This document shows, one piece after another, positions 36,384 through 49,928 of a stretch of 64,000 nucleotides of DNA (positions are counted from its first letter, which is position 1; each line of letters begins with the position of its first letter). A program made the translations under genes and the position numbers. The stretch covers positions 13,764,001 to 13,828,000 of the forward strand of contig OZ336890.1 of the NCBI GenBank assembly GCA_965287045.1. The letters are read 5' to 3'. The stretch is from Carcharhinus amblyrhynchos (taxonomy: Eukaryota). The notes under the pieces were generated by a model that was not told the origin of the DNA, searched no databases, and saw only the letters and a list, made by a program, of their open reading frames with translations.

Positions 36384-38639
36384 GATGCAGATGGAGGAGG
36401 AGAAAGTGGGTTCCCGGACATGTGTCCTTTGTTTGAACAGAGGGGAGTATGGTAGGATGAGAGAGAGGAATTGGCGAATGTTGATTGGGGGAGTGTGTTG
36501 GAAGGTAGGTCTGCTGAGGAAAAGTGGAGGATCTTTAAGGAGATCTTTCTTGGTGCTCAGCAGAAATTTCTTCCGATGGTTAAAAAGGATAGGGAGGAGG
36601 AGAGGTAAGCAGCCGTGGATAACGAAGGAGGTGAAGGAAAGTGTTAAATTAAAAGCGGATGCGTTTCGAGTAGCTAAGAGTAGTGGGCGAGAAGAGGATT
36701 GGGAGAGGCTTAAATGTCAACAAAGAATGACAAAGAAATTGATAAAGAAGGGTAGGATAAACTATGAAGCTGGGCTAGTGCTTAATATAAAAAAGGATAG
36801 CAAGAGTTTTTATAAATACATAAAAAGGAAGAGGCTGGCTAGGGTGAACGTTGGACCCTTAGAGGATGAGAGGGGGGACTTAGTGGTAGGGGATGGGGAA
36901 ATGGCTGAGGCCCTGAATAACTTTTTTGTTTCGGTCTTCAGGGAGGAGGACGTGAATAATTTGCCGGGTGTTAGTGATGGAAAGGTGGTAGGAGTGGAGG
37001 GCCTGAATGACATTATTGTTACTAGAGAGGCGGTGCTCGACAGACTGGAGGGACTGATTGTGGACAAGTCCCCAGGACCGGATGGAATGCATCCAAGGGT
37101 TCTGACGGATATGGTGGAGGTGATAGTGGATGCCTTGGTGATTACTTTCCAAACGTTGCTGGATTCCGGGGAAGTGCCGGAAGATTGGAAAACGGCTAAT
37201 GTTACGCCGTTGTTTAAGAAGAGTGGCAGGCAAAAGGCAAGGAATTATAGGCTGGTTAGTTTAACGTCTGTTGTAGGAAAAATGTTAGAATCCGTGATCA
37301 AGGAGAAAATAGCGAGGCATCTTGAGGAGAATTGTTTGGTAGAGCAGACGCAGCACGGTTTCGTTAAGGGGGAGTCGTGTCTGACGAATTTATTGGAGTT
37401 CTACGAGGATGTGTCTAGGGCGGTGGATAGAGGAGAGCTGGTGGACGTGGTCTTTCTTGATTTTCAGAAGGCATTTGACAAGGTGCCTCGCAAGAGGTTA
37501 TTACAGAAGGTCGGGGGCATGGAGTTGGGGGTAGAGTGTTAGCGTGGATAGAGGATTGGCTGTCAAATAGGAGGCAGAGAGTGGGGGTCAATGGGTGCTA
37601 TTCGGATTGGCAGTTGGTGACTAGTGGAGTGCCCCAGGGGTCGGTGCTGGGGCCTCAGCTATTCACCATTTATGTAGATGATCTGGAGGAGGGAACCGAG
37701 TGTATGGTGTCGAAATTTGCTGATGACACCAAGATTAGTGGAACGGCAAATTGTGCGGAGGGTGTGGAGAGTCTGCAGAAGGATCTAGATAGGCTGGGCA
37801 AATGGGCCAGGAACTGGCAAATGGAATTTAATGTTGGCAAATGTGAGGTTGTCCACTTTGGTAGGAATAATGGGAGGAAGCACTATTACTTACGTGGTGA
37901 AAAACTGCAGCATGCGACGGTGCAGGGGGACCTCGGGGTCCTTGTGCATGAGTCGCAAAAACCCAGCCTGCAGGTGCAGCAGGTGGTCAGGAAGGCGTAT
38001 GGGATGTTGGCCTTCATAGCGAGGGGGATTGAATATAAAAGTAGGGAGGTCTTGCTGCAACTGTATAGGGCACTGGTGAGGCCACAGCTGGAGTACTGTG
38101 TGCAGTTTTGGTCGCCGCACTTACGCAAGGATATTTTGGCCTTGGAGGGAGTGCAGAGGAGGTTTACTAGGCTGATTCCAGAGTTGAGGGGGTTGAACTA
38201 TGAGGAGAGGCTGAATAAACGAGGCTTGTACTCGTTAGAGTTTAGAAGAATGAGGGGAGATCTCATTGAGACGTATAAGATGTTGAATGGGATGGATAGG
38301 ATCGAGGTGGAGAGGCTCTTCTCGCTCAAAGGACAGTAGGACTAGAGGGCACAGCCTCAGGATAAAGGGGGGGCGGTTTAGAACAGAGTTGAGGAGGAAC
38401 TTCTTCACTCAAAGGTTGGTGAATCTCTGGAATTCTCTGCCCGTTGAAGTGGTGGAGGCTACCTCACTCAATATTTTTAAGACGCGGGTTGATAGGTTTT
38501 TGATAGGCAAGGGGATTAAGGGTTATGGGGAGAGGGCGGGAATGTGGAACTGAACCACGACAGATCAGCCATGATCTTATTGAATGGTGGGGCAGGCTCG
38601 AGGGGCTAGATGGCCTATCCTGCTCCTATTTCTTATGTT
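36384..38639 (+). mobile_element. Young 5'-truncated CR1 LINE (ORF2 with RT; frameshifts near 37515 and 38330)
   Basis: ORFs 36355-37542, 37536-38339 and 38287-38553: KSPGPDG, NYR.VSLTS, QHGF, DFQKAFDKV, GVPQGSVLGP, FADDTK; CpG retained; tail cctatttcttatgtt. Confidence 0.97.
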
Positions 38640-40769
38640 AATAAACCTGTTGGACTTTAACCTGGTGTTGATACTCCTTACTGTGTTGACTCAAGTGTCA
38701 GAGATGGGCAATAAATGCTGGCCCAGCCAGCAATGCCCACATTCCATGAATGCATAAGAACAAATATGATAACAATCATCCTGCTGACAACTTATAAAGT
38801 GAAGGTTGATCTGTCACCACCCATCTTCAGTTCGTGTATTGTGGAGAAGTAGTAGTGTGGGTTTAGGTAGGTAGGGAGGTGGGGGGAAATGGGAGATAAA
38901 AAAAACTGAATTTGGGTCTTGTCCATGCTCCATATGTCAAGCTCCAGTCTCAATAATATGGAGATTGAAAGGCCAGTCCTACCTTTCCTCCCACACACAC
39001 GAGATTTTGCAATGGCGCATGGAGGCTTTTGGAAGGGAAAAAAATAAAAACTATTTTATTGTATGCAATTCAAATTTTAAATTGTAAACCTTTAAATGAC
39101 ACATTAGGAAATTTGAACATGCAACATGAAAAGTATAATAAAAGCAGATTTTAATTTTGTTGAGATTCATAACAACTGATAGTTACTAATTTAGTAATTC
39201 AATATGATATATGGTTGATGAAACATTTAAAGGGCAGGAAAGGGATCTTGACAATGGAACTCAAATACAATTGGAACCTTGTGTATTCTCAGATGTCTAA
39301 TCCTAAATATTGGACTCATGCTCTGGTCATGAATCACTTCCCAAGCCTTCCTTTTTGAAGTACCTTATAAAATATTCACATGTTGTATTATTAGATCAGT
39401 AATGACATGCTTTTCTGGTAGATGAAACATATCATTGCCAGTGATAATTGGTTTTGAGTGGAGGCAGGATGATAATTGAAGTTTCTCAGGACAACATTGA
39501 TTTTTATAATGGTTCACATTCCTCAAAAGGAAGTGCTGCTTTGTCAATGTTCTGTACAGTTTAAAGTGAGCAATTTCAGCAAAAACAATACAGCATAATC
39601 ACTCAAAAGAAAATATCAAATTAATAAACTATCCTTTCTTTAAGGAGGTTAAAGTTCTCAAGTGCTATTACTGTAAGGCTACAGAACACCAGTTTTGGAT
39701 TTATGACCCTAGAACCATAAAATCAATATGCCTAACTATTCCTGTAAAACTTTACTTCCGATCTATTGTATAAATTTAGGTACATGTGGAAAAATACATA
39801 ATACACCTTAAACCAGAACATTATAGTAAGCCAAGCCTGTTAACAACACACAACAGTTCAAGGGCTTACCACATATGATTACAATTATTGCCATGATTGG
39901 AGAAGACCATTTTCATGTAATGTTCTACAAGGACTGTGCCATCATTCAAAGTTGACCCTCCAAAAATATCTTGTGTATCTAGGAAGACAAGGTGGATAAC
40001 CTAACCAAAGTTCTATTGGTTCTAAAGGTCTCAGCAGGAACAACTCTCAAAAGCAATACTTATTCCTAATGTGTTTTCCCTCCACTGCTCAGAATTTCAA
40101 TACACAATGCTGACTCACCAGTACAGTAATGGACCAGCGTAGCATTGTAGGCAATGGCATCCTTTAGATAAAACTTGAAAGAGACCTTTTGTCTAGATAG
40201 ATATTAAGAACTTTGACGTTAGGAAAAAAGAGTCCTCATCTAACTTCCACCACCAAAGAGCAGATTAACCATTCATCTTAGCACACAATTCACAAGGTGG
40301 TTGCTGAAGCCAACTATCCACCAGGCTTGCACTTCTTAGTAACTCTTTGCATATGAAACAGTCACAATCTCTGAATGCGCAATAAAGTATGTATGTAACT
40401 CCTCAATGCAGAAGAGGTCAGGGGCACATGAGCCTGCATTCTTCATTCCAACATTTAGAGTTTTATGTTTGAACACAGTAACAATCTTCTTCCCAGCTCC
40501 ATGTTAGCATTGAAGTATGTTCTTGCATAATTTATTACATACTAAGAACATTTCCAGTTTGTGAGACATGGACATCATTGGCTGGCCAGCATTTGTTGCC
40601 TATCCCTGGTTGCCTGAGGGCAGTTGAGAGTCATCCACATTGCTGAATCACATGAAGGCCAGACCAGGTAAGGACAGTAAAATGTCCTTTAGGGCAGGAA
40701 ACCATGAACCAGATGGGATTTTACTACAATTGACAATGGTATCATGGTCTTTAGAAGATTCTTAATTCT

Positions 40770-41032
40770 TCAATGCCAGGGATCCCAGTTCAATTCCAGA
40801 CCTAGGTGACTGTCTTGTGGAGTTTGCATGTTCTGTCTGTGTGGGTTCCCTCTAGATGATCCAGTTTCCTTCAGATATGTGCAGGTTAGATTGATTGGAC
40901 ATGCTAGATGGCCCCTTTGTTTCAGAGGGACTAGCAAGGTAAATACATGGGGTTAAGGCCGGGGTGGGATTGTTGTCGGTGTAGGCTCAATGGGCCAAAT
41001 GACCTCCTTCTACACTGTAGGGATTCTATGTT
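40770..41032 (+). mobile_element. V-SINE nested in a second-family SINE
   Basis: gtggagtttgcatgttct core and CR1-like tail; the flanks belong to a minus-strand copy of the 34262 family. Confidence 0.7.
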
Positions 41033-42372
41033 TTTTTTTTATATAATTCAAATTCCACTAGCTGCCATGGCGGGATTTGAACCCATGCTCAACTTTTCAT
41101 ATTGCTTCCATTTTTAAAGTTCCTTAGATTCGATTAGTCACATACTTAAAGCAGTCTCTAACCTGTTGCAGATCAAGTTCCTCCGTTAACTTTGACACTA
41201 GTTCCCTTCCGTGAATCCTAAAGATGGATAAAAAAATTTTGATTTGGCTTGCTTATCCTTGATCAAAGAAATCACATGACAGTATAATTTTCATTTTACT
41301 TGAGACATTCAGCCTTCAAGCACTGCATGATTGAGAGGCAATAGTTCAACAGTAATAGCATTATGGTGCTGTATTACATGCATGCAGTTTCAATATCTCC
41401 AAGAATACGAGGCAGCTAGATTAGTGTCATACTGACACTCATCTCAAAATAATCTATTAAACAAAAGGTCTTGCCTATGTAAGCAATAGGAGTAGGCCTT
41501 TTGATGCTGCAAGTCTAATGCCTAATCTACCTCTTGGCATCCTACCTAAAAATGAGAACAATTATGTCTGAAGCACAGCAATGCAGTGCCACAAGAATTA
41601 GAGCAACTAGGCCAATTTGTTAAGTGGAAACAATCAAAATCTTTCAAAAATGCACTCAACTTATTATCTAAAGTTGAAGTACTTCTATAATACATCAATG
41701 ACTAAAGATACCATAAAGCCCATTAAAACTCAACATGCACATATTTATTCACTTAGGACTAAAATTTTCAAATGATATGCAACTAATTGTTTTATTCTCC
41801 TGTTAGAGCCTACATGCTGACACCTAGATTTTACTGCATCACGTGCCAACTGGAGGTTATTTTTAATGAAAGGATATCCCATAGCAGAATGAAATGGACC
41901 ACAGATGGACTCCCAAGTAACATATTACCTATTCACAAGCTAGATCAGGACATCTTCCTATTACAAAGTAATACATGAACTCCATTCTTCATCAAATTCT
42001 CTTATCAGCTAATATTTTGGAGCATTGACAGAACAAAGCATTGAATTCCATCATAAAAATTCTAAAACTAAGGATTCTGTTTTCTTGCCTCAAATTTAAA
42101 CCAACTAAAGATATTTCAGAAGTATAAAGCATATCAGATTATTTTACACAGGTGCTATACAAATTCTGTCTAAAAGAGCTAATTGTATATTTCAACTGGA
42201 TGTGCAAATTCTGTTATTTTGAAACAGTCATCTTCTTAGGTGTCAGAGAATACTTTGCATGCTGAAATGTTGATGCCTGCAGAATGCTGGTGGACTTCTC
42301 TCCTGCTCCCCAATATCTCTGATCAGGAGTTAAAGTTGGAGACTTGGGACAGTTCTCATACTGATTTGGATA

Positions 42373-42710
42373 GGGCGACACTATGGTACAGTGGTTAGCA
42401 GTGCTGCCTCGCAGCTCCAGGGACCTGGGTTTGACTCTGGCCTCAGGTGTGGTCTGTGTGGAGTTTGCACAATTCTCCTTGTGTCCATGTAGGTTTCCTC
42501 CAACAGTCCAAAAATATGCAGGTTAGGTCGATTGACCATGCTAGATCACCCCTTAGTATCCCAAGATGTGTAGGTTAGGAGTATTAGCTATGGTAAATGG
42601 GTGGGGTCATGGGGATAGAGTGGAGGAAGAGGGCCTGAGTAAGATGCTCTGTCAGAATATCCGTGCAGACTCGAAGTGCTGAATGGTGTCCTTTTGCACT
42701 TGGGCGATTC
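42373..42710 (+). mobile_element. V-SINE (HE1-like)
   Basis: tggtacagtgg A box, gggtttgactc B box, gtgtggagtttgcac core. Confidence 0.8.
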
Positions 42711-43439
42711 TTAAACCCCTACAATCACTGACTCCTCCCCCATTCCACCAAATTGCTCTCACTGATCCTCTGACTGCTACCCAGATCCAATTACCACCCC
42801 AACCACCTGCTCCCTACCCACTATCCCACTCCACTTATCCTACCCATTCAGTAACATCCAAAGTGGGCCATTAAACTTACCTTCTGGCAACTTGTGCTGT
42901 AGCAGCAGCCGGAGAGCTGCATTCTAAATTTCTGGCAAAGCCGGACTCAGATGGTCCCAAGGAAATGCAAAGCAGCATGGAGCCAGGAAATGTTTGAGAG
43001 GTGCTTCAACCCTACAGTCATTATCACTGCTTGGCAGATCCAAAATATTCAACCAAAGTGGTGCAACAAATCAATAAAACCGATGAAATATTTAGCTAGA
43101 AGAGAAAAGAGTGGGAGTGAATTAAACACTGGATATCAAAACGTTTAACTACATCACAAAAACAGAATACAAGGGCAGCGGCATGATTAAACTTCAAAAT
43201 TAACCACATCTTGAATATTGTATCCAGAAGTAGCCACAAAAACACAAATACATTGGAAAACTGGAAGCAACGTACATAAGAAGGAGTCAGAGGCCTAAGT
43301 CACAAGCAATAGCTGAAGAAATATAGACCTTTGTTGAAGGCGACAATGTCAGAGATGCTCATAGATATGAAACTTCCCTGCTGCAATCAGACTTTTGAAC
43401 GTACTTATCTCGCATTAAGTTAGTCTTTCTCAATACCTT

Positions 43440-43575
43440 AGCTATGACAGTTACACTACATTCTGCACAGTCTCCTTTCCTTCTCTATGTACAGTATGCT
43501 TTGTCTGCATAGTGCGCAAGAAACAATGCTTTTCACTATATCCCAATACATGTGACAATAACAAATCAAATCAAG
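43440..43575 (+). mobile_element. Rex/Babar LINE 3' UTR fragment
   Basis: Reverse complement of the tail at ~46363-46490; ends in (caaat)n. Confidence 0.7.
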
Positions 43576-44227
43576 ATTGTTTGCGGCATGGAAGTAACAT
43601 CGCGCAAGTTCCCAGGAAAGGGCATACATAGGCCTGGAGTCAGGAAATTCTTCAGAGTCCTCAATGGGTTTCCAGACCGAACAGTGGAGGGAAGATTCCC
43701 CTGTAAGCATTTAAGAAAGCATTGGATGCTGCACTGGGGAACATTCAGGTCATCCTGAATTGTGAGCTGAAATGAATCAAAATGAACTCGATCCAAGATT
43801 CTCAATGTCAATTTTTCAGTATCTATTCAGTCCTTATAAAATGGTGTGCACGCCATTACCCGAGTAATACTAATAACAAACACGAACAGAGTACTCTTCC
43901 TGACAAAATATGTGGAACAAGATCATTATGAACACCCTGTTCTACCAGAGGGAGAAGCAGAAGACCTCATGACAACATTCCCCACTCCAAACACTGGCAT
44001 CGAGTATCATCCGAGCAAGGGACTGCAAATCTGTCATTCATGGCATAGCCAGGGCCGACGGCTGCTGAATTGCACATTATACCATCTGCATGACCCTGGC
44101 TCCAAACAAGCAGAGACAGAAAAATCTTCTGCAGGAGACTCGATGTCACTGGATTCAATGATCCTGACAGTTAACCTGGCGATGACCCACAGTGCCTGGT
44201 CCACCATAGTCCACAACTCTGAGGAGA

Positions 44228-45482
44228 TAAGAACATAAGAAATAGGAGCAAGAGTAAGTCATCCAGCCCTTTGAGCCTGCCCTGCCATTCAATAAGATCA
44301 TGGCTGATCTGTCGTGTCTCAGTTCCACATTCCCGCCCTCTCCCCATAACCCTTAATCCCCTTGTTTATCAAAAACCCATCAACCCGCGTCTTAAAAATA
44401 TTTAGCGAGGCAGCCTCCACCACCTCAACGGGCAGAGAATTCCAGAGATTCACCACCCTTTGAGTGAAGAAGTTCCTCCTCAACTCCGTTCTAAACCCTT
44501 TATCTTGAGGCTGTGCCCCCTAGTCCTACTGTCCTTCCACTTTCCCGCCCTCTCCCCATAACCCTTAATCCCCTCTCTTATCAAAAACCCATCAACCCGC
44601 GTCTTAAAAATATTTAGCGAGGCAGTCTCCACCACTTCAACAGGCAGAGAATTCCAGAGATTCACCACCCTTTGAGCGAAGAAGTTCCTCCTCAACTCCG
44701 TTCTAAACCGCTCCCCCCCCCCCCCCGTTTATCTTGAGGCTGTGCCCCCTAGTCCTACTGTCTTTTTTGAGCGGGAAGAGTCTCTCCACCTCTATCCTAT
44801 CCATCCCATTCATCATCTTATACGTCTCAATGAGATCTCCCCTCATTCTTCTAAACTCTAACGAGTACAAGCCCAGTTTATTCAGCCTCTCATAGCTCAA
44901 CCCCCTCAACTCCGGTATCAGCCTAGTAAACCTCCTCTGCACCCCTCCAAGGCCAAAATATCCTTGCGTAAGTGTGGCGACCAAAACTGCACACAGTACT
45001 GCAGCTGTGGCCTCACCAATGCCCTATACAGCCGCAGCAAGACCTCCCTACTTTTATATTCAATCCCCCTCGCTATGAAGGCCAGCATCCCATTTGTCTT
45101 CCTGACCACCTGCTGCACCTGCAGGCTGGGTTTTTGCGATTCATGCACAAGGACCCCGAGGTCCCTCTGCCCCGTAAGTAATAGTCCTTCCTACCATTAT
45201 TCCTACCAAAGTGGACCACCTCGCACTTGCCAACATTAAATTCCATTTGCCATTTCCTGGCCCATTCGCCCAGCCTATCTAGATCCTTCTGCAGACTCCA
45301 CACCCTCCGCGCAATTTGCCGTTCCACCAATCTTGGTGTCATCAGCAAATTTCAACACCATACACTCGGTTCCCTCCTCCAGATCATCTATATAAATGGT
45401 AAATAGCCGAGGCCCCTGGGGCACTCCACTAGTCACCAACTGCCAATCTGAATAGCACCCATTAATCCCCACTCTCTGCCTC
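44228..45482 (-). mobile_element. Young CR1 LINE (same family as 36384-38639) with an internal tandem duplication
   Basis: Near-identical ORF2 C-terminal fragments; ~210-bp duplication 44323-44534 / 44535-44762. Confidence 0.95.
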
Positions 45483-46362
45483 AGGCTCAACCAGGAAACA
45501 CCAAGATTAGCTTGACAAGAATGATCAGAAAATCCAGAAAATCTCCTTGACCACAAGGCATTCCTGAGCTAGCAGCCCCACCAACACCTGAGCAAGAGGA
45601 AACAAGCCTACAGGCAATTAAAGGCCGAGGTGCAAAGAACCCATGACCTAGAGAACAGATGGTGGGTGGAAAGAGCACAGCAGACTCAGCAACACTGACA
45701 ACCACAAAGTGTGCTGCTTCTACAGTGCAATTCAATAACGTACGGTTCGACAACCCAAGGACCCACCCCATTCAAAGCCAAAAATGCAGAGACGCTCAAA
45801 TAGAGAGGCAGTCAACACCCACTGGAGTGACCAGTTTGGAGGAACTCCTCAACCAAAATGCAGCCTTCGATGCAAGTGTCCTTGATACCATCCAGCTACA
45901 ATGTCAGTGCAATTCCAGCTCACTGGGAGGTTGTGAAAGCCATTCAACAGCTGAAAAAAAAAAGGCCTCTGGTGCAGATGGAATCTCTGCCCCAATATTA
46001 AAATGTGGTGGAGAAGCATTCTTGACAAGAATCCACAATCTCATCATTGTTTAGAAGGAAGAGAGCATGCCAGGAGATTGCAGAGATGTCTTAATTGTGA
46101 CCGTCTTCAAGAAAGTAGACAGGTCTGACTGCAGAAATTAGAGGGATTTCCCTATTCTTGGCCCTGGGAAAGGTCATTGCAAGAAACTTCCCAGCCACCT
46201 CAAGAGCTTCTTCGAGTCTCAGCGCAATTTCCACCCACCAAGAAGCACAATAGACATGATCTTCAGTGCGTGACAAATCCAGGAAAAGTGCAGGGAGCAG
46301 CATCAACCTCTGTACATGGCCTTCTTCCATCTTGCAAGTTTCAACTCTGTCAACCGTGAGGC

Positions 46363-47785
46363 ATTTGATTTATTGGCACCTGTATTGGTATATAGTGTAA
46401 AGTATTGTTTCTTGCAAGCTATACAACAAAACGTACCATTCATAGAAGAAAGGAGACAGTGCAGAATATAGTGTTACAGTCATTGCTAGGGTGTAGAGCT
46501 TAATAGAAAGTAGGCCCATTCAAAAGTCTAATGGCAGCAGGGAAGTTGTTCTCGAGTTGGTGGGCACGTGTCCTCAGACTTTTGTATCTTTTGCCCAATC
46601 GAAGTAGGTGGAAGAGAGTATGTCTGGGGTGTGTGATGTCCTTGGATTATGCTGGCTGCTTTGCCAAGGCAGTGGGAAGTGTAGACAGTGTCAGTGTTAA
46701 CAGGTGGTTTGAGTAATGGACTGGACTTCATTTACAACGCTGTGTGGTTTCTTGCAGTCTTGGATAGAGCAGGAGCCAAACCAATCTGTGATACAACCAG
46801 AAAGAATGCTTTCTATGGCGCATCTACAAAAGTTGGAGAGAGTTGGAGCTGATATGCCAAATTCCTGTAGTCAGTGAAAATAGAGGTGTTGATGGGCTTT
46901 CTTAACTATAAGATCTGCATTGGAGGTGTGGGGGAGCGGGGGAAACCAGTACAGATTGGTGGTGATCTGGACACTTAACTTGAAGCTCCTCGACCATTTT
47001 CACTTTGTTCCCTTTGATCTAGACAGGGGCGTGTCCTCCATTACACTTCCTGAAGTTGATGACCATCTCATTATTGACATTGAGGGGGAGATTGTCATCG
47101 TACCAGTTCAGAGTCTCTTTCCTGTACTTCGCCTTGTCATTGTTTGAGATCCAGCCCACAATGGTGATGTCATCAGCAAACTTGAAAAAAAATCAAGTTG
47201 GGAGGGGAATTTGGTCACATGGTCATGGGTGTATAAAAGGAATGTAGTAAGGAGCTGAAGACAAAGCCTTGCAGGGTGTTGAGGATGATTGTGGAGGTGG
47301 TGTTGTTGCCAATCCTTACTGATTGTGGTCTGTGGGTTAGGAAGTTCAATATCTAGTTGCAGAGGGAGGAGTTGAGCCCCAAGCCACGAAGTTTGGAGAT
47401 GAGTTTCGTAGGAATAATGGTGTTGAAGGCTGAGCTGTAGTCAATAAAAAGGAATTTTTACATGGGTGTCTTTGATCTCTAGGTGTTCCAGGGTTGAGTG
47501 CAGGGCCAGGGAGATGGCATCTGCTGTGGACCTATTGCAGTGGTAGGTGAACTCTAGTAGATCCAGGTTAGCTGGGAGGCTGGAAATAATTTGTACCATG
47601 ACTAATCTTTCAAAGTACTTCATAATAATGAATGTCAGAGCCACCAGATGATAGTCATTAAGGCATGCTGTTTGGCATTTCTTTGGTACCAAAATGATGG
47701 TCGTCTTCTTGAAGCAAAAAGGGATCTTAGATTGTTGTAAAGAGGTTGAAGATGTCTGCGAATACCCCTACCAGCTTGTCTACGC
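46363..47785 (-). mobile_element. Rex1/Babar-clade LINE remnant
   Basis: CLNDYHLVALT.IIMKYFERLV…NRSTADAISLALHSTLEHL; KFADDIT.VG; tail aataaatcaaat. Confidence 0.85.
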
Positions 47786-48967
47786 AGGAGTTGAGTGCTC
47801 ATCTGTGCCAATCGCTTAAGGAACATCCTCCTGAAATTCAGCTGCAGAAATTCATTACCATTCTCCACCTACTCCAAGATGGAATGCAAGCTGTGATTCT
47901 CACTAACAGCAACACCACAGACCCAATACAAGTGCAAACTGGTTCAAACAGGTTTACGTCATTTCACCAACTTTTCTCCATCTTCATCATAGCAACGATC
48001 CAACCCATCACGTTGGTGTTCCCCATTGGAGTGGGAGCTAACCTACTAGGAAACTCCAGGCCAGAACCAAAACTACCCCACCTTCTGTCATCAAGCTGCA
48101 GTATGCAGATGATGCTGGTATGCGCACATGCTTGGAGACCTAGCTACAAACAAACCATCAACAACACATCAGGAACACAAGAGAATGGGCCTCAGACTTA
48201 ACAACCCAAAAAAGGTTTTTTTTAAACCAGCCTGCTCCTGCCACACAAAAAACTGTCCCCCTTCACCATCAGGATCCACAGTGAGTCCCTGGATAATGTG
48301 GGTCATTTCCCATACCCCAGGAGCCTCCTCTCTGCATGGGCAAGCATCAATAAAATCCAGCATCAACTCCAAAGCACCAGTGCAGTCATCAGATGCCTGA
48401 AGAACAGAGTGTTTGAAGGTCGAGACCTCAAGCCCAGCACTAAACTCATGGTCTACAGAGATGTTGTGGTCCCTGCCCTCTTGTATGCATCAGAAACATG
48501 GGCAACACACAGCCGACACCTCAAATCCCTCAAGATATATCACTAACATTGCCTCCACAAAATCCTGCAAACCCACTGACAGGATTGACACACCAACAAG
48601 AGTATCTGTCCACTCCCAGGCTGATATTCACATCACTGAGGCACTGCTCACACTCAACCAGCTGTGATGAGCAGGTGTTGTCTGCATGCCCAACGCAAGA
48701 TTCCCGAAACAAGTGCTCTGCTCCAAGCTCCGCAATGGCAAGCGATCACTAGGCAGGCAGAGGAAAAAATACAAGGACACTCTGAAAACCTCCCTAAATA
48801 AATGCAACATCCCATCACCACTTGGAAATTGCTTGCTTCATAAAGCACAAACTGGAGAAGGAGGATCCACAAAAACAACAACCACCTCAACTATCATTGG
48901 GCAGAGCACACAAAGGCCAACGGTAAACAGCAGCGAGAGCACGGAATCCAGAACATCCCACCCAAGG

Positions 48968-49928
48968 CACCCAGCAGTATGCCTCAAGGATCAGTACTGG
49001 GTCCATTGTTATTTGTCATTTATATTATTGATTTGGATAGAAGTTAGCAGCATGTTTAGTAAGTTTGCAGATGACACCAAGATTGATGGCATAGTGGACA
49101 GTGAAGGTGGTTATGTACGATTGCAACGAGATCTTGATCAATTGGGCCAGCAGGCTGACAAGTGGCAGATGGAGTTTAATTTAGATAAATGCAAGGTTAT
49201 GCATTTTGGTAGATCAAGCCGGGGCAGGGCTTATTCAGTTAATGGTAGGGCATTGGGGAGAGTTACAGAACAAAGATTTAGGGGTACAGGTTCATAACTC
49301 CTTGAAAGTGGAGTCATACGTGGACAGTAGTGAAGGCAGCATTCAGCACGCTTGGTTCCATTAGTCAGAACATTGAATATAGGAGTCTTGAAGTTGTACA
49401 AGACATTGGTAAGGCCACACTCAATGCTGTGTACAGTTCTGGTCACCCTATTATAGAGAGGATAAACTAGAAAGAATGCAGAAGCATTTACTAGGATGCT
49501 ATTGAGACTTGAAGGTTTGATTTGTAAAGAGAGGCTGGATAGACTGGGATTTCTCTGAGCTTAGGGGTGATCTTAGAAGTCTATAAAATAATGAGGGGAA
49601 TAGATCAGCTAGGTAGTCAATATCTTTTCCTAAAGGGAAGGGAATCTAAAACTAGAGGGCATAGATTTAAGATGAGGGGGGAAAGATACAAAAGGGTCCA
49701 GAGGGGCAACTTTTTCAGACAATGTTGATTATCTGGAACAAGCTGCCAGAGGTAGTAGAGGCAGGTATAATTTTGACTTAGCATGTAGACAGTTACATTA
49801 ATAAGATGAGTACAGCAAGATGTGGACCAAATGCAGGCAATTGGGACTAGCTTAGGGGATTTTAAAATGGGTGGCATGAACAAGTTGGGCTGAAGGGCCT
49901 GTTTCCATGCTGTAAACTTCTATGACAA
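48968..49928 (+). mobile_element. 5'-truncated CR1 LINE
   Basis: PQGSVLGP, SKFADDTKI, WQMEFNLDKCKVMHFG; tail same family as 8933-9320. Confidence 0.88.

Noticed and set aside
36355-38553. Long RT ORFs as a retron, DGR or other novel RT system
   Set aside because: Motifs and tail are canonical CR1 ORF2; 5'-truncated and frameshifted
42875-42990. Perfect minus-strand donor AAG|gtaagt at ~42880
   Set aside because: No convincing acceptor or coding frame; lies beside C-rich, repeat-like sequence
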